Assembly: GCF_002854065.1 (NCBI RefSeq)
Contig: NZ_CP024147.1
Direction: 5' to 3' (one strand)
Length of the DNA stretch: 64,000 nt
Source: Escherichia coli
GTDB lineage: Bacteria; Pseudomonadota; Gammaproteobacteria; Enterobacterales; Enterobacteriaceae
Shown piece after piece: positions 35,854 to 52,902 of the stretch (position 1 is the first letter of the stretch; each line of letters starts with the position of its first letter). The notes beneath the pieces are model-generated. The model was not told the origin of the DNA, did not search any database, and saw only the letters and a program-made list of their open reading frames with translations. A program made the position numbers and the translations under genes.

Positions 35854-36605
35854 GATGAAACCCCGCTTTTTTATTGATCGCACACCTGACAGCTGCCTCT
35901 AAAATAGAAGCACCAGAAGTACTGACAGATGTTGGACTGCTGTGTGTAGTAATAAATCAGCCCTAAATGGGTAAAATATAAAACTAATGGATTACATCTG
36001 ATTTCAATCTAGCCATTACAAATCTTAAATCAAGTGTTAAACATGTAACTAAATGTAACTCGTTATATTAAAATGTTAACTTTAAGGTTTTATTAAGTTT
36101 AGGAATGATAGAAAAGTTGTACATTTTGTTTTTATTGCACAATTTTAAAAAATCATACAAATGGTGCTAACTTACTAATAATGCATATAAAAAATATTTC
36201 GGTGTAGTCCTTTCGTCATGTAAAACGTTCTTGTTTTTTCTCCACACCACCGTGGACAATTTTTTACTGCAAAAAGACGAGGTTTGTCACGGCTTGTGCG
36301 CAAGACATATCGCAGCAATCAGCGACGGGCAAGAAGAATGACTGTCTGGTGTTTTTTGCTAGCGGAAAACGGAGATTTAAAAGAAAACAAAATATTTTTT
36401 GCGTAGATAACAGCGTATTTACGTGGGTTTTAATACTTTGGTATGAACAAAAAAAGAAAAATACAACGCGCGGGTGAGTTATTAAAAATATTTCCGCAGA
36501 CATACTTTCCATCGTAACGCAGCGTTAACAAAATACAGGTTGCGTTAACAACCAAGTTGAAATGATTTAATTTCTTAAAAGTACGACCAGGTCCAGGGTG
36601 ACAAC
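35854..36605. promoter_or_regulatory. csgD-csgB divergent intergenic control region (752 bp)
   Basis: Long AT-rich intergenic region between divergent csgDEFG and csgBAC operons. Confidence 0.7.
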
Positions 36606-37061
36606 ATGAAAAACAAATTGTTATTTATGATGTTAACAATACTGGGTGCGTCTGGGATTGCAGCCGCAGCAGGTTATGATTTAGCTAATTCAGAATATAA
36701 CTTCGCGGTAAATGAATTGAGTAAGTCTTCATTTAATCAGGCAGCCATAATTGGTCAAGCTGGGACTAATAATAGTGCTCAGTTACGGCAGGGAGGCTCA
36801 AAACTTTTGGCGGTTGTTGCGCAAGAAGGTAGTAGCAACCGGGCAAAGATTGACCAGACAGGAGATTATAACCTTGCATATATTGATCAGGCGGGCAGTG
36901 CCAACGATGCCAGTATTTCGCAAGGTGCTTATGGTAATACTGCGATGATTATCCAGAAAGGTTCTGGTAATAAAGCAAATATTACACAGTATGGTACTCA
37001 AAAAACGGCAATTGTAGTGCAGAGACAGTCGCAAATGGCTATTCGCGTGACACAACGTTAA
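36606..37061 (+). CDS. csgB: CsgB curli nucleator (151 aa)
   Basis: Recognised sequence. Confidence 0.95.
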   Translation: MKNKLLFMMLTILGASGIAAAAGYDLANSEYNFAVNELSKSSFNQAAIIGQAGTNNSAQLRQGGSKLLAVVAQEGSSNRAKIDQTGDYNLAYIDQAGSANDASISQGAYGNTAMIIQKGSGNKANITQYGTQKTAIVVQRQSQMAIRVTQR

Positions 37062-37101
37062 TTTCCATTCGACTTTTAAATCAATCCGATGGGGGTTTTA
37101 C

Positions 37102-37560
37102 ATGAAACTTTTAAAAGTAGCAGCAATTGCAGCAATCGTATTCTCCGGTAGCGCTCTGGCAGGTGTTGTTCCTCAGTACGGCGGCGGTGGCGGTAACCAC
37201 GGTGGTGGCGGTAATAACAGCGGCCCGAATTCAGAGCTGAATATTTATCAGTACGGTGGTGGTAACTCTGCACTTGCTCTGCAAGCTGATGCTCGTAACT
37301 CTGATCTTACTATTACCCAGCATGGTGGTGGTAACGGTGCAGATGTTGGTCAGGGCTCAGATGACAGCTCAATCGATCTGACCCAACGTGGCTTTGGTAA
37401 CAGCGCCACTCTTGATCAGTGGAACGGTAAAGACTCTCATATGACAGTTAAACAGTTCGGTGGCGGCAACGGTGCAGCAGTTGACCAGACTGCATCTAAT
37501 TCCACCGTCAACGTAACTCAGGTTGGCTTTGGTAACAACGCGACTGCTCATCAGTACTAA
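37102..37560 (+). CDS. csgA: CsgA major curlin subunit (152 aa)
   Basis: Gly-rich N-terminus and repeated S-x5-Q-x-G-x-G-N-x-A motifs. Confidence 0.95.
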   Translation: MKLLKVAAIAAIVFSGSALAGVVPQYGGGGGNHGGGGNNSGPNSELNIYQYGGGNSALALQADARNSDLTITQHGGGNGADVGQGSDDSSIDLTQRGFGNSATLDQWNGKDSHMTVKQFGGGNGAAVDQTASNSTVNVTQVGFGNNATAHQY

Positions 37561-37618
37561 TACATCATCTGTATTAAAGAAACAGGGCGCAAGCCCTGTT
37601 TTTTTTCGGGAGAAGAAT

Positions 37619-38383
<765 letters not shown>

Positions 38384-38477
38384 GTTTCTGAACAACTCAC
38401 GTTGCTGAGCAGAAAAATGCGATTTAACCAAAAAGCCTGCTGTACACTTAAGAAACAAGAAGGTGTAAGGAGGCGTT

Positions 38478-39011
38478 ATGAAAACGCGTATTCATGTTGT
38501 GCAGGGTGATATTACCAAACTGGCCGTTGATGTGATTGTGAATGCGGCTAATCCGTCATTAATGGGAGGCGGCGGCGTCGATGGGGCCATTCATCGCGCA
38601 GCGGGTCCGGCCCTGCTGGATGCTTGTTTAAAAGTCAGGCAACAGCAGGGCGATTGCCCTACGGGGCATGCCGTTATTACGCTTGCAGGCGATCTTCCCG
38701 CTAAAGCCGTAGTGCACACCGTCGGGCCAGTCTGGCGTGGTGGTGAACAAAACGAAGACCAGCTTTTGCAGGATGCCTATCTCAATAGCCTACGACTGGT
38801 GGCGGCAAACAGCTATACGTCAGTGGCTTTTCCTGCAATCAGTACTGGGGTTTATGGTTACCCTCGTGCGGCAGCGGCTGAAATCGCAGTAAAAACCGTT
38901 TCAGAATTTATTACCCGTCACGCTTTACCCGAACAGGTATACTTTGTCTGTTATGATGAAGAAAACGCCCACCTCTACGAAAGACTCCTTACCCAACAAG
39001 GAGATGAATGA
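38478..39011 (+). CDS. ymdB: YmdB macrodomain O-acetyl-ADP-ribose deacetylase (177 aa)
   Basis: [25 protein letters not shown] macrodomain. Confidence 0.9.
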
Positions 39012-40434
39012 TTTGCCCCGGCTGGCGAGCGCGGTGCTGCCACTGTGTTCGCAACATCCCGGTCAGTGTGGTCTTTTCCCTCTGGAGAAAAGTCTGGATG
39101 CGTTTGCCGCCCGGTATCGTCTGGCCGAAATGGCAGAGCATACGCTGGATGTTCAGTATTACATCTGGCAGGACGATATGTCGGGTCGGTTACTGTTTTC
39201 CGCCCTGTTAGCCGCAGCAAAGCGTGGCGTTCGCGTCCGTTTGTTGCTGGACGACAACAATACGCCCGGACTTGACGATATTTTACGCTTGCTTGACAGC
39301 CATCCCCGCATTGAAGTCCGGCTTTTTAATCCTTTCTCGTTTCGCTTGCTGCGTCCGCTTGGTTATATCACCGACTTTTCCCGTCTCAATCGCCGTATGC
39401 ACAATAAAAGTTTCACTGTCGATGGCGTGGTTACCCTGGTGGGAGGACGAAATATTGGTGATGCCTATTTTGGAGCAGGGGAAGAGCCACTTTTTTCGGA
39501 TTTAGATGTCATGGCAATAGGACCCGTGGTAGAGGACGTTGCCGATGATTTCGCTCGCTACTGGTATTGCAAATCGGTTTCACCCTTACAGCAGGTGCTG
39601 GATGTCCCGGAAGGTGAAATGGCGGATCGCATCGAGTTACCCGCCTCCTGGCATAACGATGCCATGGCGCATCGTTACTTACGCAAAATGGAATCCAGTC
39701 CGTTTATAAATCATCTGGTTGATGGAACGTTGCCGCTTATCTGGGCGAAAACACGTTTATTAAGTGATGATCCGGCGAAAGGGGAGGGCAAGGCAAAACG
39801 GCATTCACTGTTACCGCAGCGCCTGTTCGATATCATGGGCTCACCCAGTGAACGCATCGATATTATCTCTTCCTATTTTGTACCGACACGAGCAGGTGTG
39901 GCACAACTCTTACGGATGGTGAGAAAAGGGGTAAAGATTGCGATCCTAACCAATTCTCTTGCCGCTAACGATGTTGCTGTCGTCCATGCCGGATACGCGC
40001 GCTGGCGCAAAAAATTGCTCCGCTATGGCGTGGAATTATATGAACTCAAGCCGACGCGTGAACAAAGTAGTACGTTACACGATCGCGGCATAACCGGTAA
40101 TTCCGGTGCCAGCCTGCATGCTAAAACCTTTAGCATCGATGGTAAAACGGTGTTTATCGGTTCTTTCAATTTCGATCCGCGTTCAACATTGCTCAATACT
40201 GAAATGGGCTTCGTGATAGAGAGCGAAACGCTGGCTCAGTTAATTGATAAACGCTTTATTCAGAGCCAGTATGATGCGGCCTGGCAGCTCCGTCTGGACA
40301 GGTGGGGACGGATCAACTGGGTTGATCGTCATGCAAAGGAAGAGATTATTCTCAAAAAAGAACCCGCCACCAGTTTCTGGAAGCGGGTTATGGTCAGACT
40401 GGCGTCGATATTGCCCGTGGAATGGTTATTGTAA
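39004..40434 (+). CDS. clsC: ClsC cardiolipin synthase C (start is either ATG 39004 or TTG 39010)
   Basis: Two HKD-type phospholipase D motifs; overlaps the ymdB 3' end. Confidence 0.9.
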   Translation: MNDLPRLASAVLPLCSQHPGQCGLFPLEKSLDAFAARYRLAEMAEHTLDVQYYIWQDDMSGRLLFSALLAAAKRGVRVRLLLDDNNTPGLDDILRLLDSHPRIEVRLFNPFSFRLLRPLGYITDFSRLNRRMHNKSFTVDGVVTLVGGRNIGDAYFGAGEEPLFSDLDVMAIGPVVEDVADDFARYWYCKSVSPLQQVLDVPEGEMADRIELPASWHNDAMAHRYLRKMESSPFINHLVDGTLPLIWAKTRLLSDDPAKGEGKAKRHSLLPQRLFDIMGSPSERIDIISSYFVPTRAGVAQLLRMVRKGVKIAILTNSLAANDVAVVHAGYARWRKKLLRYGVELYELKPTREQSSTLHDRGITGNSGASLHAKTFSIDGKTVFIGSFNFDPRSTLLNTEMGFVIESETLAQLIDKRFIQSQYDAAWQLRLDRWGRINWVDRHAKEEIILKKEPATSFWKRVMVRLASILPVEWLL

Positions 40435-40441
40435 ATGTGGC

Positions 40442-41599
40442 TTAACGGGCTGGTGCTTTATCGTTCTCACGCTTAACAACCGGTTTACCAGAAAACAAAA
40501 ACTTCAGTAACGGGATGCGCAAATGAATTTCATACAGAATTATCGCAATCCCTACTACGAATATCAGGCCACAGAGAAAACCAAGCCAGTTGGAGGTGAT
40601 GTGCGGTGTAATGTATGCGCCGAAAAACAGCGTTAACGGGTGGTGAACCAGATAGATAAACAGTGATGCGTTAACAAAGTAAGTCACCCGCGCTGACTGG
40701 AAGTTAAGCAAACGGTGGCCAAAGGAGAAGACCACATTCACCATCCACAGACCGAGGACCATGGTGATCACCGACTCGGTTTCGTACATCCAGGCATCGC
40801 CACTGCCATAGCGCTGGTTGAGTAAATAAGCGACAAACGCCAATGCTGCTGCAAGGGTACAGCCACGAGACGGCGTGGTAAACAAGGCTTTAAGATGAGG
40901 GAAAATGAAAGCCAGTGCGCCGAGGATAAAGAACGGCAAATAAAATAGCGTTTGCATGACAATAAAATTGAACATGCCGTTACTCAGAATGGGCGGATAC
41001 ACAATAAAAATCGTTCTTCTTATTACCGCATAGCCGATGCCGAGGCACAAAAAAATCACCGATAGTTTTACCATCGAGAATTTTTTATTCGTTTTATCAG
41101 AATTTTCTAAATTATTTCTGATGCGTTTGAATATCCAGACGCACAGCGTCGTCATGACCACTAACACCAATAAAAACCACAGGTGCGATATTAATTCCCA
41201 GGCTAACGTATTATATTTGTCATACAATGACAGCCCAGGCCAACTTTCCGCTTTCCCTTTGACGTATTGCAGCATAATAAATTGCGGCAATGTCAGTAGG
41301 GGGATGGCTGTTAACATCGGGATCCCTACTCGTTCGACACGTACTTTCCACCATTTTTTCAAGGGATAGCGTAAAAAAAGCATGTAGGAAAAGTACCCGG
41401 ATATAACGAAAAATACCTGCATGCGGAACGAGTGGATGAAGTCATTAAAAAGGGTCAGCCACAATGACGGTTCGGCGCTATTCACATGCCATGTATGGCT
41501 CGAATAGATTAAAGAAATATGAAAAGGGATCCCTAACAACATCAGCCAGGCGCGGATGGAGTCGAGGAAATATTCACGTTGCGCGGGTACTGGATTCAT
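40442..41599 (-). CDS. opgC: OpgC (MdoC) glucan succinyltransferase (385 aa)
   Basis: Polytopic acyltransferase-3 family membrane protein; recognised. Confidence 0.9.
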   Translation of the reverse strand: MNPVPAQREYFLDSIRAWLMLLGIPFHISLIYSSHTWHVNSAEPSLWLTLFNDFIHSFRMQVFFVISGYFSYMLFLRYPLKKWWKVRVERVGIPMLTAIPLLTLPQFIMLQYVKGKAESWPGLSLYDKYNTLAWELISHLWFLLVLVVMTTLCVWIFKRIRNNLENSDKTNKKFSMVKLSVIFLCLGIGYAVIRRTIFIVYPPILSNGMFNFIVMQTLFYLPFFILGALAFIFPHLKALFTTPSRGCTLAAALAFVAYLLNQRYGSGDAWMYETESVITMVLGLWMVNVVFSFGHRLLNFQSARVTYFVNASLFIYLVHHPLTLFFGAYITPHITSNWLGFLCGLIFVVGIAIILYEIHLRIPLLKFLFSGKPVVKRENDKAPAR

Positions 41600-41881
41600 A
41601 TATGGTTAACTAATCTCGGATTTTTCGTCTTATCTCTGTCGGGTTATGCCTTTAGGCTTGTTGCCATAGCGACACCGACCTGACCGCGCCAGGCGCAGGC
41701 TTCAAGGTTTTTATGCATAGCATCATCGCTACCACTAACCAGAATGGAAGCGTCTGTAAGACGGTTGATAAATAAATTTGCTGGCAAACCCTACACGAAG
41801 TCGATGCTTCTGTCTTTAGGAGAAGCACGGAAAGTGAAAACGGTTGCAATCAGGTGCTTAATCCATGAGCCAGCGTGCTGA

Positions 41882-46064
<4,183 letters not shown>

Positions 46065-46074
46065 AAACGTAGTT

Positions 46075-46103
46075 GCCTGATGCGCTACGCTTATCAGGCC
46101 TAC
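46075..46103. repeat. REP element after opgH
   Basis: gcctgatgcgctacgcttatcaggcctac. Confidence 0.7.
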
Positions 46104-46193
46104 ATCGTTCCTGCAATTTATTGATTTTGCAAGATTTTGTAGGTTAGGTAAGGCGTTCGCGTCGCATCTGGCAAAAACAACGAGCCAATAAAA

Positions 46194-46220
46194 ATACCGG
46201 CGTTATGCCGGTATTTTTTT
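46194..46220 (+). terminator. Rho-independent terminator after opgGH
   Basis: taccggcgttatgccggta hairpin followed by T8. Confidence 0.75.
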
Positions 46221-46236
46221 ACGGACGAGGTATCAA

Positions 46237-46464
46237 ATGCGTTTAATTGTGGTGAGCATCATGGTGACCTTGCTGAGTGGCTGTGGCAGCATCATTAGCC
46301 GCACTATACCGGGGCAGGGGCATGGCAACCAATATTATCCCGGTGTGCAATGGGATGTGCGTGACTCCGCCTGGCGTTATGTCACAATCCTTGATCTGCC
46401 ATTCTCCCTGGTTTTTGATACTTTACTGCTGCCGATCGACATTCATCATGGCCCGTATGAGTGA
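46237..46464 (+). CDS. yceK: YceK lipoprotein (75 aa)
   Basis: MRLIVVSIMVTLLSGC lipobox. Confidence 0.85.
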   Translation: MRLIVVSIMVTLLSGCGSIISRTIPGQGHGNQYYPGVQWDVRDSAWRYVTILDLPFSLVFDTLLLPIDIHHGPYE

Positions 46465-46839
46465 TTAACGTTCATCCCACTCATCAGCTGCTGCGCGTCC
46501 TTCCTCGGTATCCAGCGGTGGCTCAAGCTGAAATTCCCCCTCGTCCCATTCATGTAATGTATTCTCTTCCTGCCACTCCTGGCGGATCTCTATCTCATCA
46601 TAGTCGCCATCAAAAACACTTTGCGCGGCTTCACCGCTAAGCATAGGTAAACATTCACCTTCTTCCCCTTCGTCGGCAAAAAACTCAACTTGCCACATGA
46701 TGTCGCCGTCCTGCAAAACGTATTTTTGGGCATTGAACTGTTGCACATTCGCGTCTTCGGCGTCGATGCCGGGGTTGTCTGCAAGAAATTCTTCGCGTGC
46801 AGCGTCAATGGCTTCTTCAAGCGTTGCGTACATGGTCAT
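46465..46839 (-). CDS. msyB: MsyB acidic protein (124 aa)
   Basis: Highly acidic, E/D-rich; starts MTMYATLEEAIDAAREEF. Confidence 0.9.
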   Translation of the reverse strand: MTMYATLEEAIDAAREEFLADNPGIDAEDANVQQFNAQKYVLQDGDIMWQVEFFADEGEEGECLPMLSGEAAQSVFDGDYDEIEIRQEWQEENTLHEWDEGEFQLEPPLDTEEGRAAADEWDER

Positions 46840-46921
46840 CACGATTCTCCCTTTGAGTTGATGAGGTTTCAGGGAAAAGGATAGCTGATTCTCCGCTTTT
46901 GCAAGTATGAAAGGCGAAAAA

Positions 46922-48148
46922 TCAGTTCGATACCTGGGGTATTCGACGACGACGTAGACTGTTCCATGAATAGACTGCGTTGAATAACACTACGCCAGCG
47001 GTGACGAGAAATACCGCTCTGAAACCGTAGTTCGCTGAAATCGCTGCTCCCATCAATGGTCCGGTAACGTTGCCAATATCACGAAACGATTGGTTATAGC
47101 TGAAGATACGTCCGGCGATTTGGTTGCTCGAGTTGTAAACCAACAGTGTCTGTACGGCGGGGAGTAGTGCACCATCGGCGGCACCGAGCAAAAAACGTAA
47201 AATCCCAAGTTGTAATGGCGTCTGAACGTATGACATTGGGATCAACAGCAGTACAGAGAAGATCAGCGCCGTAATCAGGATCTTTTCGGGGCCGATTCGA
47301 TCGCCAAGTTTGCCGAGTCGTGGTGCACTCAGCAGAGCCGCCACGCCTGGCACCGAGGCGATCATGCCACTGATAAAGGCGACGTTACTGACGTTACCCG
47401 CCAGTTCGCGGACATACAGCGTCAGAATGGGGGCAATTGAGCCCGTCGCCACCTGGATGATTAACGTAGTGACAAACAGGCTGAGTACCAGTTTCGGGTT
47501 TTTAAGTGATGTCACCACTTCCCGCATGTGCAGCATCTCTTTTTTGCTGACCGGCTGGAATTTTTCTCTGATGCAGAACAGGGTGACAAAAAAGCAGAGT
47601 ATGAGCACACTGGCGGTAATAAAGAATACCGGACGTAAGCCGTAGCTATCGGCGAGCAGGCCGCCAGCCATTGGGCCGAGCAACGCGCCGCTAACGCCGC
47701 CTGTGGAGAGCGTACCCAGCGCCCAGCCGCTTTTATTACGCGGTACTTGTGTGGCGATAAGAGCATTAGCGTTGGGGACAAATCCGCCAAGTAAACCAAG
47801 AAGCGCCCGCAGGATCAAAAACTGCCAGATATTTTGTGCCAGTCCCATCAACACCATCACGATGCCCATGCCGAGGGCAGAGCGTAATAGCATGAGTTTT
47901 CGGCCTTTACGGTCGGCGAGTCCACCCCAAAACGGTGAGGCGATGGCCGAAAATAAAAATGTAATGCTGAAGACAATACCGGACCACATATTCAGGGCGG
48001 AGTGGCCGGTAACGCCAAGCTGCTCAACGTAGAGGGGTAAGAAGGGCATTACCAGACTGAAGGCGGCACCGGTAAGAAAACAGCCTAGCCAGGCGACGAT
48101 CAGGTTTCGTTTCCAGTTTATAGGGGTGTCATTTTCACAGGGTGACAT
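46922..48148 (-). CDS. mdtG: MdtG MFS efflux transporter (408 aa)
   Basis: Recognised; 12-TM major facilitator. Confidence 0.9.
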
Positions 48149-48319
48149 AGCAATCCGCTGTTGGTGCGCCAGGCGCGGTGAACATAAGAAGAAAAGATAA
48201 GCACACTAATTATGCGCCCGACTTCCAGGGGGCGCAATCCAGAGAGCTTTTATCGCTAAATCAGGGGGATTTGCTGTGGTAATGCCGGATGCCATTCTGA
48301 AGCATCCGGCATGGAAGAT

Positions 48320-49240
48320 TTAATAGCGTGAAGGAACGCCTTCCGGGCGTGTTTTAAAGCGACGGTGTAACCACATATACTGCTCTGGTGCCATCATGAT
48401 GCATTTTTCGACAACTTTGTTCATCCACGCGGCGGTAGTTTCGGCATCATCCAGCGGCGGAGAACACTCTGGCGGCAGCATAATCAACTGATACCCTTTT
48501 CCATCTGGCTTACGGCGTGGAACGAAGGGCACCAGACATGCGCCGGACATCCGTGCCAGCATCCAGGTTCCGGTCGTGGTCGCAGCCTGCTCAACGGCAA
48601 ACAACGGGACGAAAACGCTTGAGCGCGGGCCGTAATCATGATCCGGTGCGTACCAGACCACTTCGCCTTTTTTCAGGGCTTTAATCATGCCTTTTAAATC
48701 TTTGCGGTCGAGCATCGATTTATTTGAGCGCAAACGGCCCCAGGTTTGTAGCCAGTCAATCAGTGGATTATCGTTCGGGCGGTAAACGCCAATCCCCGGT
48801 TCCTGCATACCAAACTGCCGCGCGCCCAGCTCCAGTGTCAGAAAATGGATGCCAACTAACAGGATGCCGCGTTTTTGCGCCTGCACGTCACGAATGTGTT
48901 CCATGCCGATCACTTCCGTCCAGCGGGCGATTCGGCGGTCCGGCCAGAACCACGCCATGCCGGTTTCCATCAGGCCCATGCCAACGGATTCGAAATTCTT
49001 CACCACCATTTTACGGCGTTCTTGTTCGCTCATTTCCGGGAAGCACAGTTCCAGGTTGCGATGCACAATTTTTGCGCGTCGTTTCATAAAACGTAACGCC
49101 AGTTTTCCTAATCCACAACCGAGGCGGTAGATAACCGGGTAGGGCAATTGCACGACCAACCAAAGTACGCCAATACCCAACCAGGTTAACCAATAACGCG
49201 GATGAAGCAGTGCGGTGGAGAACTTGGGTAGATTCGTCAT
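48320..49240 (-). CDS. lpxL: LpxL (HtrB) lipid A lauroyl acyltransferase (306 aa)
   Basis: Starts [24 protein letters not shown]. Confidence 0.95.
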
Positions 49241-49464
49241 ATCAATCCTGTTTTTCAACCTATACGGGCAATTGTATGTATTGTCGCATTTTTTCGTCCG
49301 CAACCAAAATTTGTGACTGAAGACTGGGCGAAATTGCCGCGCTTGTAAATAACAAATAATTTTTAATGCGCAAATGTAGCGTAAAATGTGTGGATGTTAA
49401 TTATCGATAATTGCTATATCATGCCGCGGATTTTTACTTTCCCATCTCGCAGGAACCGTACACC

Positions 49465-50517
49465 ATGCCAGTGTTACACAACCGCATTTCCAACGACGCG
49501 TTAAAAGCCAAAATGTTGGCTGAGAGCGAACCGCGAACCACCATTTCGTTTTATAAGTATTTCCACATCGCCGATCCTAAGGTGACCCGTGACGCTTTAT
49601 ATCAGCTGTTTACCGCGCTGAATGTTTTTGGGCGAGTGTATCTGGCGCATGAGGGCATTAACGCGCAAATCAGCGTACCAGCGAGCAATGTTGAAACATT
49701 TCGCGCGCAGCTCTATGCCTTCGACCCGGCTTTAGAGGGTTTACGCCTGAATATCGCGTTGGATGATGATGGGAAATCTTTCTGGGTACTGCGCATGAAG
49801 GTCCGCGATCGTATCGTTGCCGACGGTATTGACGATCCTCACTTTGATGCCAGCAATGTTGGTGAGTATCTGCAAGCGGCGGAAGTGAACGCCATGCTTG
49901 ACGATCCCGATGCACTGTTTATCGACATGCGTAACCACTATGAGTATGAAGTGGGGCACTTTGAAAACGCGCTGGAAATTCCGGCAGATACTTTCCGTGA
50001 GCAGCTGCCAAAAGCAGTCGAGATGATGCAGGCACATAAAGATAAAAAAATCGTTATGTACTGCACCGGCGGCATTCGTTGTGAAAAGGCCAGTGCCTGG
50101 ATGAAACATAACGGATTCAACAAAGTCTGGCATATCGAGGGCGGAATTATTGAATACGCCCGTAAGGCGCGCGAGCAGGGCTTGCCGGTGCGTTTTATTG
50201 GCAAAAATTTTGTTTTTGACGAGCGGATGGGCGAACGTATATCTGATGAGATTATCGCGCATTGCCACCAGTGCGGTGCGCCGTGCGACAGCCATACCAA
50301 CTGTAAAAATGATGGCTGCCACCTGCTGTTTATTCAGTGTCCAGTATGCGCGGAAAAATACAAAGGTTGTTGTAGTGAAATTTGCTGCGAAGAAAGCGCG
50401 TTACCGCCAGAAGAACAGAGACGCCGTCGGGCAGGACGTGAAAATGGCAATAAGATCTTTAATAAGTCTCGTGGACGTCTGAATACAACACTGGGCATTC
50501 CTGATCCAACAGAATAA
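49465..50517 (+). CDS. yceA: YceA / TrhO rhodanese-domain tRNA uridine(34) hydroxylase (350 aa)
   Basis: Starts [28 protein letters not shown] rhodanese active site. Confidence 0.9.
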   Translation: MPVLHNRISNDALKAKMLAESEPRTTISFYKYFHIADPKVTRDALYQLFTALNVFGRVYLAHEGINAQISVPASNVETFRAQLYAFDPALEGLRLNIALDDDGKSFWVLRMKVRDRIVADGIDDPHFDASNVGEYLQAAEVNAMLDDPDALFIDMRNHYEYEVGHFENALEIPADTFREQLPKAVEMMQAHKDKKIVMYCTGGIRCEKASAWMKHNGFNKVWHIEGGIIEYARKAREQGLPVRFIGKNFVFDERMGERISDEIIAHCHQCGAPCDSHTNCKNDGCHLLFIQCPVCAEKYKGCCSEICCEESALPPEEQRRRRAGRENGNKIFNKSRGRLNTTLGIPDPTE

Positions 50518-50524
50518 ATATCAT

Positions 50525-50548
50525 TGCCGGATGCGTGCCATCCGGCAA
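50525..50548. terminator. Hairpin between convergent yceA and yceI
   Basis: ttgccggatg / catccggcaa inverted repeat. Confidence 0.6.
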
Positions 50549-50942
50549 CATTTCACTCTTACTTCTGCTGTACGCCTTCCACTGAAATAATCAGATCCAC
50601 TTCCTGAGAAGCTGGACCTAAATCTGTCTTGATATTGAAGTCCTTGAGCTTAATTTTGCCTTCGGCCTCGAAGCCTGCACGTTTACCACCCCACGGGTCG
50701 TCGCCCTGACCAATTAATTTCGCTTCCAGCGTGACGGGTTTGGTTACACCATTCAGCGTCAGATCGCCGGTAATATCCAGTTCGTCACCGTCTTTCTTCA
50801 CGCTGGTGGAGGTGAATGTTGCCTGTGGATATTTTGCGGTATTGAGGAAATCCGCACTGCGAAGATGTTTATCGCGTTCGGCGTGGTGGTGATGCTGCCA
50901 ACTTACTGATTTAGTGTATGATGGTGTTTTTGAGGTGCTCCA

Positions 50943-51218
50943 GTGGCTTCTGTTTCTATCAGCTGTCCCTCCTGTTCAGCTACTGACGGGGTGGTGCGTA
51001 ACGGCAAAAGCACTGCCGGACATCAGCGCTATCTCTGCTCTCACTGCCGTAAAACATGGCAACTGCAGTTCACTTACACCGCTTCTCAACCCGGTACGCA
51101 CCAGAAAATCATTGATATGGCCATGAATGGCGTTGGATGCCGGGCAACCGCCCGCATTATGGGCGTTGGCCTCAACACGATTTTCCGCCATTTAAAAAAC
51201 TCAGGCCGCAGTCGGTAA
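50943..51218 (+). CDS. insA: IS1 InsA
   Basis: Identical to the other InsA copies. Confidence 0.95.
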
Positions 51219-51640
51219 CCTCGCGCATACAGCCGGGCAGTGACGTCATCGTCTGCGCGGAAATGGACGAACAGTGGGGATACGTCGGGGCTAAATCGCG
51301 CCAGCGCTGGCTGTTTTACGCGTATGACAGTCTCCGGAAGACGGTTGTTGCGCACGTATTCGGTGAACGCACTATGGCGACGCTGGGGCGTCTTATGAGC
51401 CTGCTGTCACCCTTTGACGTGGTGATATGGATGACGGATGGCTGGCCGCTGTATGAATCCCGCCTGAAGGGAAAGCTGCACGTAATCAGCAAGCGATATA
51501 CGCAGCGAATTGAGCGGCATAACCTGAATCTGAGGCAGCACCTGGCACGGCTGGGACGGAAGTCGCTGTCGTTCTCAAAATCGGTGGAGCTGCATGACAA
51601 AGTCATCGGGCATTATCTGAACATAAAACACTATCAATAA
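51137..51640 (+). CDS. insB: IS1 InsB reading frame (R65S variant)
   Basis: YDSLRK here versus YDRLRK in the other copies. Confidence 0.9.
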   Translation: MPGNRPHYGRWPQHDFPPFKKLRPQSVTSRIQPGSDVIVCAEMDEQWGYVGAKSRQRWLFYAYDSLRKTVVAHVFGERTMATLGRLMSLLSPFDVVIWMTDGWPLYESRLKGKLHVISKRYTQRIERHNLNLRQHLARLGRKSLSFSKSVELHDKVIGHYLNIKHYQ

Positions 51641-51914
51641 GTTGGAGTCATTACCCGGCGTGGTTAGTATCGACGCTGGTGGTGTTAATTGTCACATTCA
51701 CTTTATCGGCAGCTGGATTTTTTTCATCAAAGGTAAAAGTACCGTCGAAATCTTTAAAGGTGCCATATAACCAGCTATAGCCAAGATGCTGGATGCGGAA
51801 GTTAACAAAGGCGTGCTGACCTTCTTTGTCAATTTTGTAATCGGCGGCAACCGCTGAACCGGCAGAGAACATCAGGGACGCGAAGGTTAAACCAAGCAGG
51901 CTTTTTTTCATTTT

Positions 51915-52481
51915 TTATACTCCATAGTCAGATGACGACTTTCCCAGCATGCGCTTCAGAGTGTCGTCTTTATCGATGAAATGATGCTTCAGGGCCATAA
52001 ATCCGTGCATAACGGACAGTACCACGACGCTCCACGCGAGCCAAAAATGCAGGGCACCGGCAAAGTCTGCCTGTGCGCCAGCGTCGGCAAGGGTCGCGGG
52101 GACGTCAAACCAGCCAAAAACGCTGATCGGTTTACCATCGGCAGTTGAGATCAGATAGCCGCTGATGCCGATGGCGAACAGCAATAGGTACAATGCGAGA
52201 TGTCCAGCTTTTGCGGCAAGACGAGTCATGGGCGAATAACTCGGCAGCGGACCCGGCGGTGGAGATATGACACGCCACAGAACGCGAATAACCAGCCCCA
52301 TCATTAATAAAATACCGATGCTTTTATGCAGTTCGGGTGCTTTGTGATACCAGCCATCGTAATAACTGAGCGTGACCATCCACAGACCTAAAGCAAACAT
52401 GCCGTAGACAATAATTGCGCTTAGCCAATGGAAGGCCGCAGATATAACACCATAGCGTTCAGGGGTATTTGTGAATGACAT
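51915..52481 (-). CDS. yceJ: YceJ cytochrome b561 homolog (188 aa)
   Basis: Starts MSFTNTPERYGVISAAFHWL. Confidence 0.9.
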   Translation of the reverse strand: MSFTNTPERYGVISAAFHWLSAIIVYGMFALGLWMVTLSYYDGWYHKAPELHKSIGILLMMGLVIRVLWRVISPPPGPLPSYSPMTRLAAKAGHLALYLLLFAIGISGYLISTADGKPISVFGWFDVPATLADAGAQADFAGALHFWLAWSVVVLSVMHGFMALKHHFIDKDDTLKRMLGKSSSDYGV

Positions 52482-52741
52482 AAGTGCATCCAAAACGAAT
52501 TTGCGAGAGAAAGAAAATGGCGTGTCGGAGAATGAATTGCAACACAAAAATAACAAATTGAATGATATTTATTTTTATTTCAATAATTTTGAATTAATAA
52601 TGAAAGAATCTTCATAAGTTTAGTGGGTTCAGCATCAGAGATGTCTGGTGAGTGCTGTAGAAGCAGGAATAATCTCATTCAATTTTTCACGCTAAATGAA
52701 AGGGAGATTAAATATTTGTCAGTTTATGTCAGTGCGGAAAA

Positions 52742-52855
52742 CTAAAAATAAAACACATAGATCAGATCCATAATTGCCAATAATCCCCAGAGAAAAAGAT
52801 AAAGCATCAGATGCTCGCGAATATTATTGGTGAGATAGTGCAACAGCCGACGCAT
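52742..52855 (-). CDS. yceO: YceO small protein (37 codons here; I recall 46 aa for K-12 YceO, so the length is a soft point)
   Basis: Reverse complement encodes [37 protein letters not shown]. Confidence 0.6.
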   Translation of the reverse strand: MRRLLHYLTNNIREHLMLYLFLWGLLAIMDLIYVFYF

Positions 52856-52902
52856 TAAATACTCCTGTAAAAACGGCCTCATTCTGGAGGCCGTAATGAT
52901 GA

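Larger units (their letters stand above)
50888..51655 (+). mobile_element. IS1: IS1 copy 4 (768 bp) with 9-bp TSD cggcgtggt; one SNP versus copies 1-3
   Basis: TSD at 50879-50887 and 51656-51664; T at 51331 where the other copies have G (InsB residue 65 S instead of R). Confidence 0.95.
50559..51911 (-). pseudogene. yceI: yceI (periplasmic YceI-family protein) split by IS1
   Basis: N-terminal part 51665..51911 ([22 protein letters not shown]...) and C-terminal part 50559..50887 (...[17 protein letters not shown]...) total 576 nt = 191 codons + stop. Confidence 0.9.

Noticed and set aside
37102-37560. csgA as a low-complexity or tandem-repeat artefact
   Set aside because: The Gly-run and five imperfect repeats are the genuine curlin repeat architecture, not a sequencing artefact.
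41652-41849. 65-aa minus-strand ORF in the opgC-opgG intergenic region
   Set aside because: Falls in the regulatory region upstream of opgGH; no RBS; not a gene I recognise.
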